From: an uncultured virus (IMG/VR IMGVR_UViG_3300027227_000004)
Lineage: Duplodnaviria; Heunggongvirae; Uroviricota; Caudoviricetes
IMG/VR virus record: IMGVR_UViG_3300027227_000004
DNA length: 64,000 bases
Reading direction: 5' to 3' (one strand)
Shown here piece by piece: positions 29,501-39,200 of the stretch (within the stretch, counting starts at the first letter, position 1; every line of letters starts with the position of its first letter). The translations under genes and the position numbers were made by a program. The notes beneath the pieces were generated by a model. That model was not told where the DNA came from, searched no databases, and saw only the letters and a list, made by a program, of their open reading frames with translations.

Positions 29501-31083
29501 GTCCATTTTTAAACTCAGGAAGAGCTATATCAATGTCTATTGACGCTGTAGATGAGCTTAGAGTTCAATTAGGCGCAATGATTGGTCCGGGGACAGAAGC
29601 TTTAACTCAAGCGGGCCGTAGAGAGATCTTTAGAAGAAATGAAAAGGGTCTTTTAGAAATCGGCGAGTTAATGATGGCAACCACTCAAAGAGATCGTAGA
29701 CTCCGTGAATTTCTTGAGCATCCTCTTGTCAAAGGCTTAGAAGGAGCTGAAGTTGCCAAAATGGCAAGGTTAGCCTTAGAATATACTAGGGTATATAAGC
29801 ATGTTAATGGAGATTTTGCAAATCCTCGGTTATTAAGCAGTTATAAAACAAAACTTATGATCGAGAATGACGCATCCTCTTCTGGTGCTCAAATTATTGC
29901 CTTATCAACTGGTGACAGACAAATTGCACAGGTATCCAATGTTGTTGCTACTACTCAAAAGAACAGGCTATATGACCTTGTTGCGATGGATACAGTAAAT
30001 GATCCTGAATTCCTTAAAATTCCATCGCTAAGAGATGCTAACCTAACTTGGGAAGATCTTGCAAAAGCTGCTAAAGCACAAAACATGGTCTCATTTTATG
30101 GTGCGGGTGCTGCTACTAAGACAGCAAATGTCTCTGCAAAATTGTCAAAAGTCCTAAACGAAAAAGGGTTTATTACTATCACTAAAGATCAGCTTGGTGA
30201 GCAACTTCGTATAGTTGACGGGCAAATTAAAGTAGCTGATAAGCTTGGTGCAGATGTTACTAAGTCTTCTCTAGAGGCATTTAGGAAAGAACTTATTGAG
30301 CTTGTTAACTCAGGGCAACCTGTTGGAAGAGAAATTTTGAAAGAAGCCTTGGAAATTCACCCTGATACTGCCTTGTTTGTAGAAAAGCTTACTAACGCAA
30401 GAACAGGGTTTGTAGGTCCGAAAGACTTTTCAGAGATTAATAGAATTATGTCTAAAAATCTCGCCCAAAGAGCACCTGTAACTGATGAGTTTATCACTTA
30501 TTGGAAAAGAGTTGCAAAGATATACGTTAATGAAACTCAGAAATCAGATATTCCATGGGTTACATTTGACGGTAAAGTTATGATGCAGAGGTATAGACCT
30601 CAAATTCAAGAAAGAATTGAGTTTACCGATCCAGTTACTGGTCGTAAAATTGCGAATATCTATGAAGATAGCGCAAAGGATGGTAGACTTATTGGTAAAA
30701 GTTCTCTAAACAGTGCAAGTATTGGTTTAGGAGTTAACGGAAACCATAGTAATGACGCAGTTATTGTTCGTAAGTTTCACTTGTGGGGCTTGAAGAATAA
30801 TGTGCAAACAGGTACAATCCACGACGCTTTTTTCACGAATATCGGAGAAGCTCGCCGTGCCAAAGACGCCCTAAGAACCATCTACGCAGATGCTCTTGAA
30901 GGCGATACAATTCGTAAAACTCTGGCAAAGATGAAAAAAGAAGGTCTTTCTGATAAATCTTACAGAGCATTGCTTGACGAAGCAAAACAATTAGGATTAA
31001 TTGATCCGCCTAATAAACTTACTAGAGCGGACATATTAGCCGACTTTAAAGAAGGAGAGGATTGGTATGGTATCGGTCCTTGA
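26587..31083 (+). CDS. MuF/SPP1 gp7-like head morphogenesis domain fused to a T7-type single-subunit RNA polymerase (candidate virion RNAP)
   Basis: N-term SAILDSRTSPIC...PPLHWNCRS (MuF); C-term DSRGRVY, NDASSSGAQ (motif A), KAQNMVSFYG (motif B), NGNHSNDA, IHDAF (motif C). Confidence 0.9.
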   Translation: MDINDKIYSRIVEHMLDVRLYEEGVQLQNRRIMTRHKENLFKLLNKDIRADVKKEAVRFARELDSHLVSSIKEFSTSQLSFHADNFYKDVKGFYKVEKPKTKELLEEIIGPTMKGERTLTKNVVNISSGELVRIQTKVKAGLANGKPPKEIIADVMRTTKLTEAQASTLTRTAITSTQSAALNRVVLANKPLIKGYLFSAILDSRTSPICSHHNGKVYDVDDKRFVPPLHWNCRSTLIPVLKSKTELAETDAKEINKKALEKVKPELLTGVPPKRESFGEWLKRQTFDVQKSVLGGEDKANMFREGKLKYDQFITQTGKALSIQALRSKATQLTAVFRPRQKLREKDTIIKVSKPSVLIRSPEHKDALRQMILMDADDYNKTLSLSDYKGVTLAGKQDSRRRTGNVFDERNFSADPLTGEIKNNLIYDPDFNLLQERIDFMKASKLISSEEKEFIESVISGLDDKISVNQQTVMVENLRVVFERYAKDKTPWEDFPAVVRAENRFAVQNVARLLDTRSRKKSELFLSYMNLKDEVPKVNIMGKYYSFDELQENLLKDQRFIDNWRAKDGAKLAKKLYFSGRTPLKVYFQSYANKFPTQKKFVKNTMMKYPRISRAIVDQQIKEARSISDFEKVKKLNEFRKELDKATGNKIIDKVYNFIFEEKPPTEAFITKLLRLAREQERRILDLEFFYAKRAPSSLIMDNKSLDTITNAIKLVASGQSTDYDSLAINIGKLFNDNFKDLFPFTSHTLKDHHKIGSEVLDFLKQKGVIKVQFRGKARRGVIDLDTGRPSGGWAETISREVIVVDKQILKLQEAERRVTIARRIGTVEPRDQLYVRPNEKVFFDARGNKTGIPIISRDKFPDYDKAQIDRDIANMLNHVSSVEYGVDNEFFDFMDDLLRFRDPRGNSKYYDSINEFRHEILNRGEQGYGMMATAKWHRIRGKNFKTQVFMDSRGRVYHRGYLTPTGGELVRPFLNSGRAISMSIDAVDELRVQLGAMIGPGTEALTQAGRREIFRRNEKGLLEIGELMMATTQRDRRLREFLEHPLVKGLEGAEVAKMARLALEYTRVYKHVNGDFANPRLLSSYKTKLMIENDASSSGAQIIALSTGDRQIAQVSNVVATTQKNRLYDLVAMDTVNDPEFLKIPSLRDANLTWEDLAKAAKAQNMVSFYGAGAATKTANVSAKLSKVLNEKGFITITKDQLGEQLRIVDGQIKVADKLGADVTKSSLEAFRKELIELVNSGQPVGREILKEALEIHPDTALFVEKLTNARTGFVGPKDFSEINRIMSKNLAQRAPVTDEFITYWKRVAKIYVNETQKSDIPWVTFDGKVMMQRYRPQIQERIEFTDPVTGRKIANIYEDSAKDGRLIGKSSLNSASIGLGVNGNHSNDAVIVRKFHLWGLKNNVQTGTIHDAFFTNIGEARRAKDALRTIYADALEGDTIRKTLAKMKKEGLSDKSYRALLDEAKQLGLIDPPNKLTRADILADFKEGEDWYGIGP

Positions 31084-31189
31084 TCTATTTACAGTTATAG
31101 TTTATTTGTAATAGCCTATAACTTCTATTTTAACGGGGTCTGTGACTCTAATCATATTAAACTCAGTCTGTGACTGGAAAGGATTATCA

Positions 31190-31933
31190 ATGAGTATTGA
31201 AGAATTAAAAGCAAATATCGCTGAAAAAGAACGTAATCTTGCTGCAATGGAGGAGGACGATGAGTCTTATGCTGCTGCAAAGGCTGAAGTTGATGCTCTT
31301 AAACAAGAGCTAGCAAAGGCAGAAAAAGGTGACGATACTAATAATACTAGCGATAAGAAAGATGATATCGAAGCTATTGTCGAAGAACGACTAGCTAAGA
31401 TGAAAGCTAATATGGACCGTATGGCCAAGGAGCGTGATGAAGCCTTCAAACTTAAAGCGGAAATGGAAAAGTCAAAGAAAGACGCCGACATTGCTCGCAT
31501 GAAAGAAGAAGGGAAGATTCAAGAAGCTCTCGAAATGGAATTAGCGGAGGCGAAAGCTAAGCTATCTCTATATGAACAAGATATCACTTCACTACGCCGT
31601 GATAGCGTTGTAAATGATGCTCTTGCTGGTCTTGAGTTCCGTAATGAGAAATCCCGAGAGATGGCTCGCCGAGAAATCGTAGATGACCTAATCCAAAACG
31701 ATCAGGGTCAATGGGTCCACAAAACAGGTTCTTCAATTAAAGACTTTATTGAGTCCTACGCTAAAAACGAAGATAACTCCTTCCTGTTCCGTATTAAAGC
31801 TAATACTGGCGCAGGTACTAACACTTCTGCTGGCGTCCCAAATACAACACCTAAGAAATCAATTCTTGAGATGTCAACAACAGAAGTACTAGATCTGGCT
31901 AAGAAAGGTCAGTTAGGTAACTTTAAATATTAA
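31190..31933 (+). CDS. Head scaffolding protein
   Basis: Charged coiled-coil, directly upstream of MCP; AAGGA RBS before ATG 31190. Confidence 0.8.
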   Translation: MSIEELKANIAEKERNLAAMEEDDESYAAAKAEVDALKQELAKAEKGDDTNNTSDKKDDIEAIVEERLAKMKANMDRMAKERDEAFKLKAEMEKSKKDADIARMKEEGKIQEALEMELAEAKAKLSLYEQDITSLRRDSVVNDALAGLEFRNEKSREMARREIVDDLIQNDQGQWVHKTGSSIKDFIESYAKNEDNSFLFRIKANTGAGTNTSAGVPNTTPKKSILEMSTTEVLDLAKKGQLGNFKY

Positions 31934-31957
31934 CTATAAATAATAGGATTAAATAAA

Positions 31958-33076
31958 ATGGCTATTACAAACACAGATTTTCAGTCAGTAGCACTCGCAA
32001 TTTCTGCCTATGCAGACGAAGCCTACACCACTGAGCGTAAACTAAACTCAACTGGTATCGTTGGTCAGCGTAGCGATATTACCGCAGATGGTGAATCATT
32101 CATTGGTCAATTCCGTTGGTACAAGCCCCTATCAGCTAACATCAACGTTCCTTCACTAAGCAACGCTGCTGCTGGTTCATACACCGACATCACCACTGAC
32201 ATTGCAAACTATGTCAAGACTGTTCGTACCTTTGGTGCGCAGCAAGTAAACCTTCAGGAAGTCGTAACCAAGCAAGATGGTCTTGCTAAGATTGCTCGTG
32301 ACTTTGCTCAGGTTCGTGGCGAAGATGAAGGCAATGCACTTATGGCCGTCCTAAAGGGTGTTTCTGCTTCTGAAGTTGCTCTCGGCGATGCAGGTGGTTC
32401 AGGTAACGGTGGTATCGTTGACTTTGATACTGATGCAGATGCTTCTGCAACTGGTTTCTTCGTAGATGTAAATGCTGCTGGTGCTTTCGGTGCTGCTGCT
32501 ACTGGTTCTTCCGACGCACGTCGCCTCTTCGACTCTACCGCTATCGGTGCTGCTCGTGGTGAGCGTCTATTCCGGGCTATCGGCATGGGCTTCAAAGACT
32601 ATGAGCCTGCTTACATGTATCTAGTAACTTCACCCGAAGTTATGGCTGAGATGCGTGCTGCTAACCTCGTTGACCAGACTAAAGTTCAGGATGGTAACCT
32701 TGAGTTTGACACCATCTTCGGTGGTAAGTTCCGTCTAGTCATGACCCGTGCAAACCAGATGCTCTCTGGTGCTGCTACTGGCGACCTAAACGCACAATCA
32801 ACCAAGTGCTCATTCATCATCAAGCCTTCTTCAGTCGCTGCTGCTGGCGTTATGGTTCCAACTCCTGTTGAAGTTGACCGTGACCCTGCTTCCTACACTG
32901 GTGGTGGCTCAACCAACATCTGGTATCGTTATGGCTTCATCATGCACCCACAAGGTTATGACTGGGCGGGCGCTACTAACGCTTTCGCAACCAATGCTAA
33001 CTACGCTGCGGCTGCTTCTTGGACTCGTAAGATGGACTACCTAAACCTAGGTATTCTCCCAGTCTTCCACTCATAA
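31958..33076 (+). CDS. Major capsid protein
   Basis: 372 aa, strongly biased codons, C-terminal R..FIMHPQGYDW...W.R pattern, position after scaffold. Confidence 0.88.
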   Translation: MAITNTDFQSVALAISAYADEAYTTERKLNSTGIVGQRSDITADGESFIGQFRWYKPLSANINVPSLSNAAAGSYTDITTDIANYVKTVRTFGAQQVNLQEVVTKQDGLAKIARDFAQVRGEDEGNALMAVLKGVSASEVALGDAGGSGNGGIVDFDTDADASATGFFVDVNAAGAFGAAATGSSDARRLFDSTAIGAARGERLFRAIGMGFKDYEPAYMYLVTSPEVMAEMRAANLVDQTKVQDGNLEFDTIFGGKFRLVMTRANQMLSGAATGDLNAQSTKCSFIIKPSSVAAAGVMVPTPVEVDRDPASYTGGGSTNIWYRYGFIMHPQGYDWAGATNAFATNANYAAAASWTRKMDYLNLGILPVFHS

Positions 33077-33092
33077 TTATTAGGAGGGGCTA

Positions 33093-33599
33093 ATGGCACT
33101 AGAACTAAACACAAATAGTTATGTAACAGTAGATAATGCTGATTCATACTTTGAAACTCGTATTGATAGTGCCGCTTGGTTTGACGCTTCAGATGAGGTT
33201 AAAGAACAAGCATTAGTTACTGCAACTCAGCTTGTAGATGACAATGCTTGGATTGGCTCTGCTGTTAGCCCTTCTCAGGCTCTGGCTTGGCCTCGTAAAT
33301 ATGCAATCTACTACGATCAAAGATTAGGTCAAGAGATTTCCTTCTCTGTTACCGAAATTCCAGAGAGGCTTAAGACTGCTATTTACGAGCAAGCATTACA
33401 TCTTGTTAATAATGAAGATCTTTTAGCTGGAACTACTCAGACCTTTGAGTCGATTTCTATTGGCAACATTAGTATTTCAGACTCTAATAATGATGTTACA
33501 AGAGTTCCGATGAAGCCATCTATTGTCATGAAGCTTATTAAGCCACTAATCAAGGTTGGTGCTAGTGGGCTTGGTGCAGGCTGGTGGAGGGCCAACTAA
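33093..33599 (+). CDS. Head-tail adaptor protein
   Basis: NSYVTV..AD.YF ... QALAWPR ... IP..LK.A..EQAL motif. Confidence 0.8.
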   Translation: MALELNTNSYVTVDNADSYFETRIDSAAWFDASDEVKEQALVTATQLVDDNAWIGSAVSPSQALAWPRKYAIYYDQRLGQEISFSVTEIPERLKTAIYEQALHLVNNEDLLAGTTQTFESISIGNISISDSNNDVTRVPMKPSIVMKLIKPLIKVGASGLGAGWWRAN

Positions 33600-33937
33600 T
33601 GTCATTAAAGCGCAAACTGCAGGCAGCAGTAGATAAGGCGTTTAATGCAGCTGGAGATTTGAAACTTTCCGGAAAACTTCTAGGGGAAAAAGTAACAGGT
33701 TACGACTTAACGCTTGGCGAAGTTGTAAGCACTCAAGCAAAGACTTTAAACCTAAAAGTTATCCTAACAGAATCATCAAAACAGGATGACTCTACAACAA
33801 CCTATTCCGCCATTATTAAATCTGGGGTAGATCTATCAGTTTATAAGTATTTGCTGGTAAACTCACTACAGTATAAAATTAATGGCTTTGACGATAACGG
33901 CTTCGTTATCACTATTTCATTGTCACGGGAGGTATAA
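33599..33937 (+). CDS. Head closure/joining protein
   Basis: Size and synteny. Confidence 0.6.
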   Translation: MSLKRKLQAAVDKAFNAAGDLKLSGKLLGEKVTGYDLTLGEVVSTQAKTLNLKVILTESSKQDDSTTTYSAIIKSGVDLSVYKYLLVNSLQYKINGFDDNGFVITISLSREV

Positions 33938-34327
33938 ATGTTTACAACCGCACTTCGTGATATTGAGCTTAGACTAGCAACCTTTTCAACATCAGTTATG
34001 TACCCTTCAGACTATCAGGGCAATATTGCTAATGATTCTGAGTTTTGTAGATACACTGTACTTCCTTCTAACGCTGATGTATATAATAATGATAGAAATA
34101 AACATATCAGTGGTATCGTAATTATCGATATTTTTGTAGAAGCAGGAAAAGGCCAAAATAGGGCGTTTCAAATTGCAGATGCATTGAATCAAGTTCTTGA
34201 AAACAAGATTCTTACAAATAAAACAGAGCTTGGGGTTTCTTACCTCAATTATGATGGGCAAGATCCGGTTAATCGGTCTCTATCAAGATACAAATATATC
34301 ATACCATTTAAACTATATGGAGAATAA
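33938..34327 (+). CDS. Tail terminator protein
   Basis: G.VIIDIFV.AG.G...IAD.L pattern; precedes tail tube. Confidence 0.7.
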   Translation: MFTTALRDIELRLATFSTSVMYPSDYQGNIANDSEFCRYTVLPSNADVYNNDRNKHISGIVIIDIFVEAGKGQNRAFQIADALNQVLENKILTNKTELGVSYLNYDGQDPVNRSLSRYKYIIPFKLYGE

Positions 34328-34330
34328 CAA

Positions 34331-34861
34331 ATGGCACATATTTCAAGCCTTCAGGCAGGTGTCTATTCCTACCTAGACATTTACACTGGTGCAACTGACA
34401 CTGCAGCTTTTGACGAGCTAAACGAGTGGGCAACTGTATTTAACGCTGGTTCAACCACTGGTGTTGTACGTATGCCTTCAGTTCGTGAATTCCCTTCAGT
34501 TGGTACTCCTGCAAACATCGTAAACGTTCCTGTTTACGGCCAAGCAACTTCTTCACAGATTCAGGGTCAGGCAGATGCGCCTTCACTCGAAATTACTGTG
34601 AACTACGTTGCTGCAGACATGCAGGCAATTCACGCTCTCATCGGTAAGCAGGTCGCTTTCCGCTTTATGATGGCAGCTGCTCCACTAACACTAGCACAGT
34701 CTTGCGCTGCAACTATTGCTGCTGAAAACACTGAATTCTTCTTCAACGGTAAAGTTGAAGCTATTCTTGTTAACCCACAGCTAACAGATGCAACCACTGC
34801 GACCGTTACTCTTTCTGCTCAGTCAGACTTCTTCGGTCCATTCACAACTGCTGCACCCTAA
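34331..34861 (+). CDS. Major tail tube protein
   Basis: FPSVG...VNVP.YG...QIQGQADAP; high-expression codon bias; precedes chaperones. Confidence 0.8.
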   Translation: MAHISSLQAGVYSYLDIYTGATDTAAFDELNEWATVFNAGSTTGVVRMPSVREFPSVGTPANIVNVPVYGQATSSQIQGQADAPSLEITVNYVAADMQAIHALIGKQVAFRFMMAAAPLTLAQSCAATIAAENTEFFFNGKVEAILVNPQLTDATTATVTLSAQSDFFGPFTTAAP

Positions 34862-34878
34862 TAGCTGACGTTAAAGAA
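34859..34878 (+). promoter_or_regulatory. Phage RNAP promoter, +1 G34876, followed by a hairpin
   Basis: TAATAGCTGACGTTAAA|GAAG. Confidence 0.85.
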
Positions 34879-34923
34879 GAGAGGGGGAGAGATCCCCTTC
34901 TCTATCCTTAGAAAGTATTACAT

Positions 34924-35163
34924 ATGATAGATAAACCATTTAGCAAAGCATTCGTTATGCGAACTACATTCAAGCATATGAAGCGTAGTGTAGATATTAG
35001 TATTGGAAAGTCATTTGAACGTTTTCAAGATTTTGATAACGATTCACAAACAGGGAAAGAGATCATGGAAACCCTTTCTGTTCTCCACACTGTACGCAAA
35101 ATGCTTGATGACTTTCAAGTAAACAACCCAGAGATCTTTGAAGAAAAAGACCGTATTAAATAA
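34924..35163 (+). CDS. Hypothetical protein
   Basis: ORF track, downstream of promoter. Confidence 0.65.
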   Translation: MIDKPFSKAFVMRTTFKHMKRSVDISIGKSFERFQDFDNDSQTGKEIMETLSVLHTVRKMLDDFQVNNPEIFEEKDRIK

Positions 35164-35177
35164 GTAAGGAATATATT

Positions 35178-35486
35178 ATGAGCATGAAGAAACTAGTTGG
35201 CAAAAGCATCACAAAGTCAGTAGATTTTATGGGTGATTCAGTAGAGATTAAAAAGCTATCTGTTGCTGAAGTGATGGAAATTCAGAACACAGTCAAGAAG
35301 TCTGCAAAATCTGAAACAGAAACAGCACAAATGGCACTACTACGTAAAGTAATCCGTATTGCCGTAAAAGATGCAGAAGAACTAACAGACGCAGACTTTG
35401 ATACTTTTCCTCTAGATGAACTATCTAAGCTCTCGGAAGCAATTATGGAATTCTCTGGCCTTGGTGAAAAGAACGAGGGAAACTAA
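35178..35486 (+). CDS. Tail assembly chaperone (gpG-like)
   Basis: Ends in slippery G GGA AAC TAA; between tail tube and TMP. Confidence 0.85.
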   Translation: MSMKKLVGKSITKSVDFMGDSVEIKKLSVAEVMEIQNTVKKSAKSETETAQMALLRKVIRIAVKDAEELTDADFDTFPLDELSKLSEAIMEFSGLGEKNEGN

Positions 35487-35836
35487 CAAGAGAAGAAGAA
35501 ACGATATACCAAATTGCTTTCTTTTTAGGCATTCCAGTATACAAGCTATTAGATGAAATGCCATATACCGAGTTTTTAAAGTGGATTACTTTCTTTGAAC
35601 AACAACCTTATGGTTGGAGAGACGACTACCGAGCAGGTGTTATTGCTCAGTCTATGGGGCTAAAGGAACCACTTGAGAACGTATTTACATCTATCAGATT
35701 GCTAAAAGCAGCAGAAGAAAACTCTAAGAAGCCTGATCAAGCATTACCAAAAGGTATTATGTTAGAGAAGATGCTTAAGGCTAAATCTGGTGATTCACTA
35801 TCAGTATTGGGGTGGCTAAATGGCAGTGAAAGTTAA
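35477..35836 (+). CDS. Tail assembly chaperone -1 frameshift extension (gpGT-like)
   Basis: -1 frame from GGGAAAC (35477-35483) is open and in frame with the 35558-35836 ORF (MPYTEF..W..FF...PYG). Confidence 0.85.
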   Translation, partial: GKLTREEETIYQIAFFLGIPVYKLLDEMPYTEFLKWITFFEQQPYGWRDDYRAGVIAQSMGLKEPLENVFTSIRLLKAAEENSKKPDQALPKGIMLEKMLKAKSGDSLSVLGWLNGSES

Positions 35837-36152
35837 TTTAGATGTCGTTGACTTCGAAAAAGAAATTAAAAGGGTTGAGCGAGAGATTGCTCAACTTGCT
35901 AACCTTGAAATTAATGAGCGAATAGAGTATGCAACCGATACTCTTCGTGTGGTTACTCCTGTTGACACGGGGGAAGCAAGAGAAGGTTGGGAAAATATAA
36001 AATATAAAGAAAATGACGGTTACTTAGCTGGTGAAATAGTTAACGAAGTTGAGCATATTGTTTACTTGAACAATGGTCATAGTCAACAAGCTCCTCGTTA
36101 CTTTATCGAACAAGTTCTAGTTACTGTTGGTGTTTTAACACCCGATGAATAG
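35820..36152 (+). CDS. HK97 gp10-like tail completion protein
   Basis: TPVDTG.AR..W ... YLNNGHS.QAP..F motif. Confidence 0.8.
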   Translation: MAVKVNLDVVDFEKEIKRVEREIAQLANLEINERIEYATDTLRVVTPVDTGEAREGWENIKYKENDGYLAGEIVNEVEHIVYLNNGHSQQAPRYFIEQVLVTVGVLTPDE

Positions 36153-36156
36153 TCTT

Positions 36157-36206
36157 GGCCCCTTGATGGCATCTCATAATCGAGATACTGTCTTGGGGCT
36201 TTTTTA
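36157..36206 (+). terminator. Terminator/attenuator-like stem-loop before TMP
   Basis: GGCCCC...GGGGCT stem with inner pairing, then T-run. Confidence 0.55.
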
Positions 36207-36221
36207 TTAAGGAGGTCTAAT

Positions 36222-39200
36222 ATGACTGGTATAAAAATTAAAGTACGGTCAGATAGTACACAAGCACGGGCTGATTTAGGAAGACTAGAAAACTCGGTAA
36301 AGAATATTGAAGCTTCAGCTAACCGTGTATCTTCTGCATTTAAGGCAATTACAGTAGGTGCTTCTGTTTTATATTCTGTTAACAAGCTCTCAAAAGCATT
36401 TATTAATGCAGGAGATTCTGCTAGAGAATTGAGAAGTAGAATTAAGCTTGTTACTGGTGAAGGCGAACAATTAAATATTGCTATGGATCGCCTCTCTAGA
36501 ATTGCTAGAAATACCCGTGTTCCTATGGACACAACTGCGAATACCTTTAATAGATTTGGTCTTGCTCTAAAAGGAACCAAAGTCCAAGCTCAAGATCTTT
36601 ACAGAGTAACTGAGCTTGTAAACAAAACTCTAACTATTTCTGGTACTTCTGGTGCTTCTGCACAAGCCGCCCTTGTTCAGTTTGGACAGGGTCTTGCTTC
36701 TGGTACATTAAGAGGTGAAGAACTTAATTCTGTTTTAGAACAAGCTCCAAGGCTTGCTCAAGCAATTGCCGATGGGATGGACCTCCCTCTTGGCAAACTT
36801 CGTGAAGTAGCCAAAGATGGTAAGATCACTACAGAACAAATTTTACAGGCACTTCTTGGTCAAGGATACTTAATCGATCAAGAGTTTAAGCTTATTGAAA
36901 AGACTGTAAAATCAGTATCCTATGCGCTGAATAGTCAGTTTACAAAAGCATTAGGAAAGATTGATGGCACTCTAGGTTTTTCTTCTAGAGTAATCAAAAC
37001 TATTGAGAATATCACTGACTACTTATCAAGATTTAATGATGAATACTCGTTAACAATTGCAGGTATTAGATTAGAGGCAGTAATTCTCGCAGGTAATCTA
37101 GAAAAAGCATTCCTAGGGATTTCTGATATCCTATTATCAGCTTTCAATGTTGATGTATCTCAAGTTGGTAGAATATTAAAATCAAAAATAGAGGAAATCA
37201 CATCTTTAATAAACATTCCTACAATTGAACTTGACCCTAGTAAACTGCTTTCAAAACTAAACAAAGAGCTAAAAGCTGTAAAAGACTCTGGAGTTCTAGG
37301 ACCAAACTCAAAGGCACCTGGATTCAGAGATATTGTTGACGATTCTTCATTCGTTTCAGCTATTACAAACTTACAAAGTATCGCAAATAAGATTCAAAGT
37401 ATTCTTGTAAGCATTGCTGGCTTCTTTGACGATCTATACATGAGCGTTGTTGGTAATACATCTTGGCTTGATACCTTTACTAATGCAGGTAGTGTGGGGG
37501 ATGAAGCTCATCTTGCTAAGTTTAAAGAAGTAAGAGATAAAATCGAAGGCGTAATCGATACAATTATTACGTTCTTCTCAAAATTAAAGTCAGGTGCAAT
37601 TGATAAGTGGGAAGCTCTTAAGTCTTCTTTGTCTCAAGCTAAACCTGTAGAAGATCTAAGTAATCTTCTTACCTCCATGAATGACTCAAGTAAAGGTCTT
37701 ATTACAAACCTTACAGATCTTAGTGAATTAGACTTTAACTTTGTGCCCTCTCTTAAGGGGGTCTCGAAAGAACTCGACAAGTTAAAATCATCAGGATTTC
37801 TTAACAACTTTGGTCTTTCTTTTGATGAGGGTGTAGTTAGAAATCTAGGAGATGGAATTAGAAAATTTGTTAGAGATTACTTTGGTTATACTGCACTTAT
37901 TACAGAGGCACCGGGGCTTCAATACGAAGAATATACTCCGGGGAAAATTCAAATAGCATTCCAAACAGGACTAGTTAAAGCATTCGATAATGCTGTTTTA
38001 ATTGGGGTGGCTACTTTTATTGGCGCTTTTGCCTATAAGTTTCCTGAAGCCTTTAAAGGTACGCTATCTCTAATCGGCCTAGGTCTTGGCTTAGCTTTTA
38101 TTCAAGCTATTCCAAAACTACTTCCTATTGGTTTAATTCTCGCAAGCATTACCCTACTACCTAACTTCTTAGATGAACCAGAAGAGCAAGCTAAAGTTAA
38201 AGCTGCCGCAAAGAAAATTACAACTTTCCTTAAGGATTCTCTTATTGGAGACGGTGAAGTCGGCGCAGGGCTATTAGAAGTTCTTCTTAAAACTTTTGAG
38301 AGTGTTGGTGCAGGTGTTGCAGAAGCATTTGGTTTTAATTTAACTTCTTCTCTTAACGCTGTTGTAGGTGGACTAATTCTTGGTACTGCTGTTAATAGAA
38401 AGTTTGTTCCTAATCTAGTTAAAATTCTAATTGGTGACAATGGTGATGCACTAAGCAAAGGCTTACAAAAGGCGTTCAGAAAAGGGCTTGCAGCTGTTGC
38501 TCTAAGCTTTACTGGTGAAGCAATTGCGGAAGGATTAGGTTTTGCTGGTGTAGGTGAGAATATTGCTAATGCAATAGGTGATACTCTTGAGTCGGCACTC
38601 TTACTAAGTTTTGGTAAACTAGGTAATAAAGCAAAAGGGGGACTCTTTGCTATTGATCTTGCAGGAAATGTTATCGATGCAGCTGGCTACGGTAATGATT
38701 TTACTGACGCAATTGGTGACGGTGTTAATGCAGCTATTACTGCTGGATTCTTTACAAAGAACCCTTGGATAGCACTTGGTGCTGGTCTTGCAGTAGCTAT
38801 TACTTCAGGCCTTTCTAAGATGTTTGGTATTGAGCTGCCAACTACCATTGATGATTTCTTAGCTCTCTGGGATAGATTAAAAGATCCTGCTGTTTGGCAA
38901 GGCATTGGAGATGCTATAAATACTGCTATTTCCTCAAGTCTTTCTGCTATTGATTCAGGTGTCAAAGCTGTTGTAGATACTGTATCAAGACTAAAAGAAA
39001 CAGTAAAACTTGCATTTGGTATTAGCTCTGCTCAAACTTACGATGAGTTAACCACAAAACCCATTGCATTAACTGATCAAGGATTGCTTAATGCAAGAGA
39101 GCTTCAGGTTAACAAAGCTTCTGATGTAATTTCTGAGAAAACAAAAGAGCTTGAGGAAGCTAAAGCTAGATATGATAATTTTGCTAGAAAACTAGGTGAA

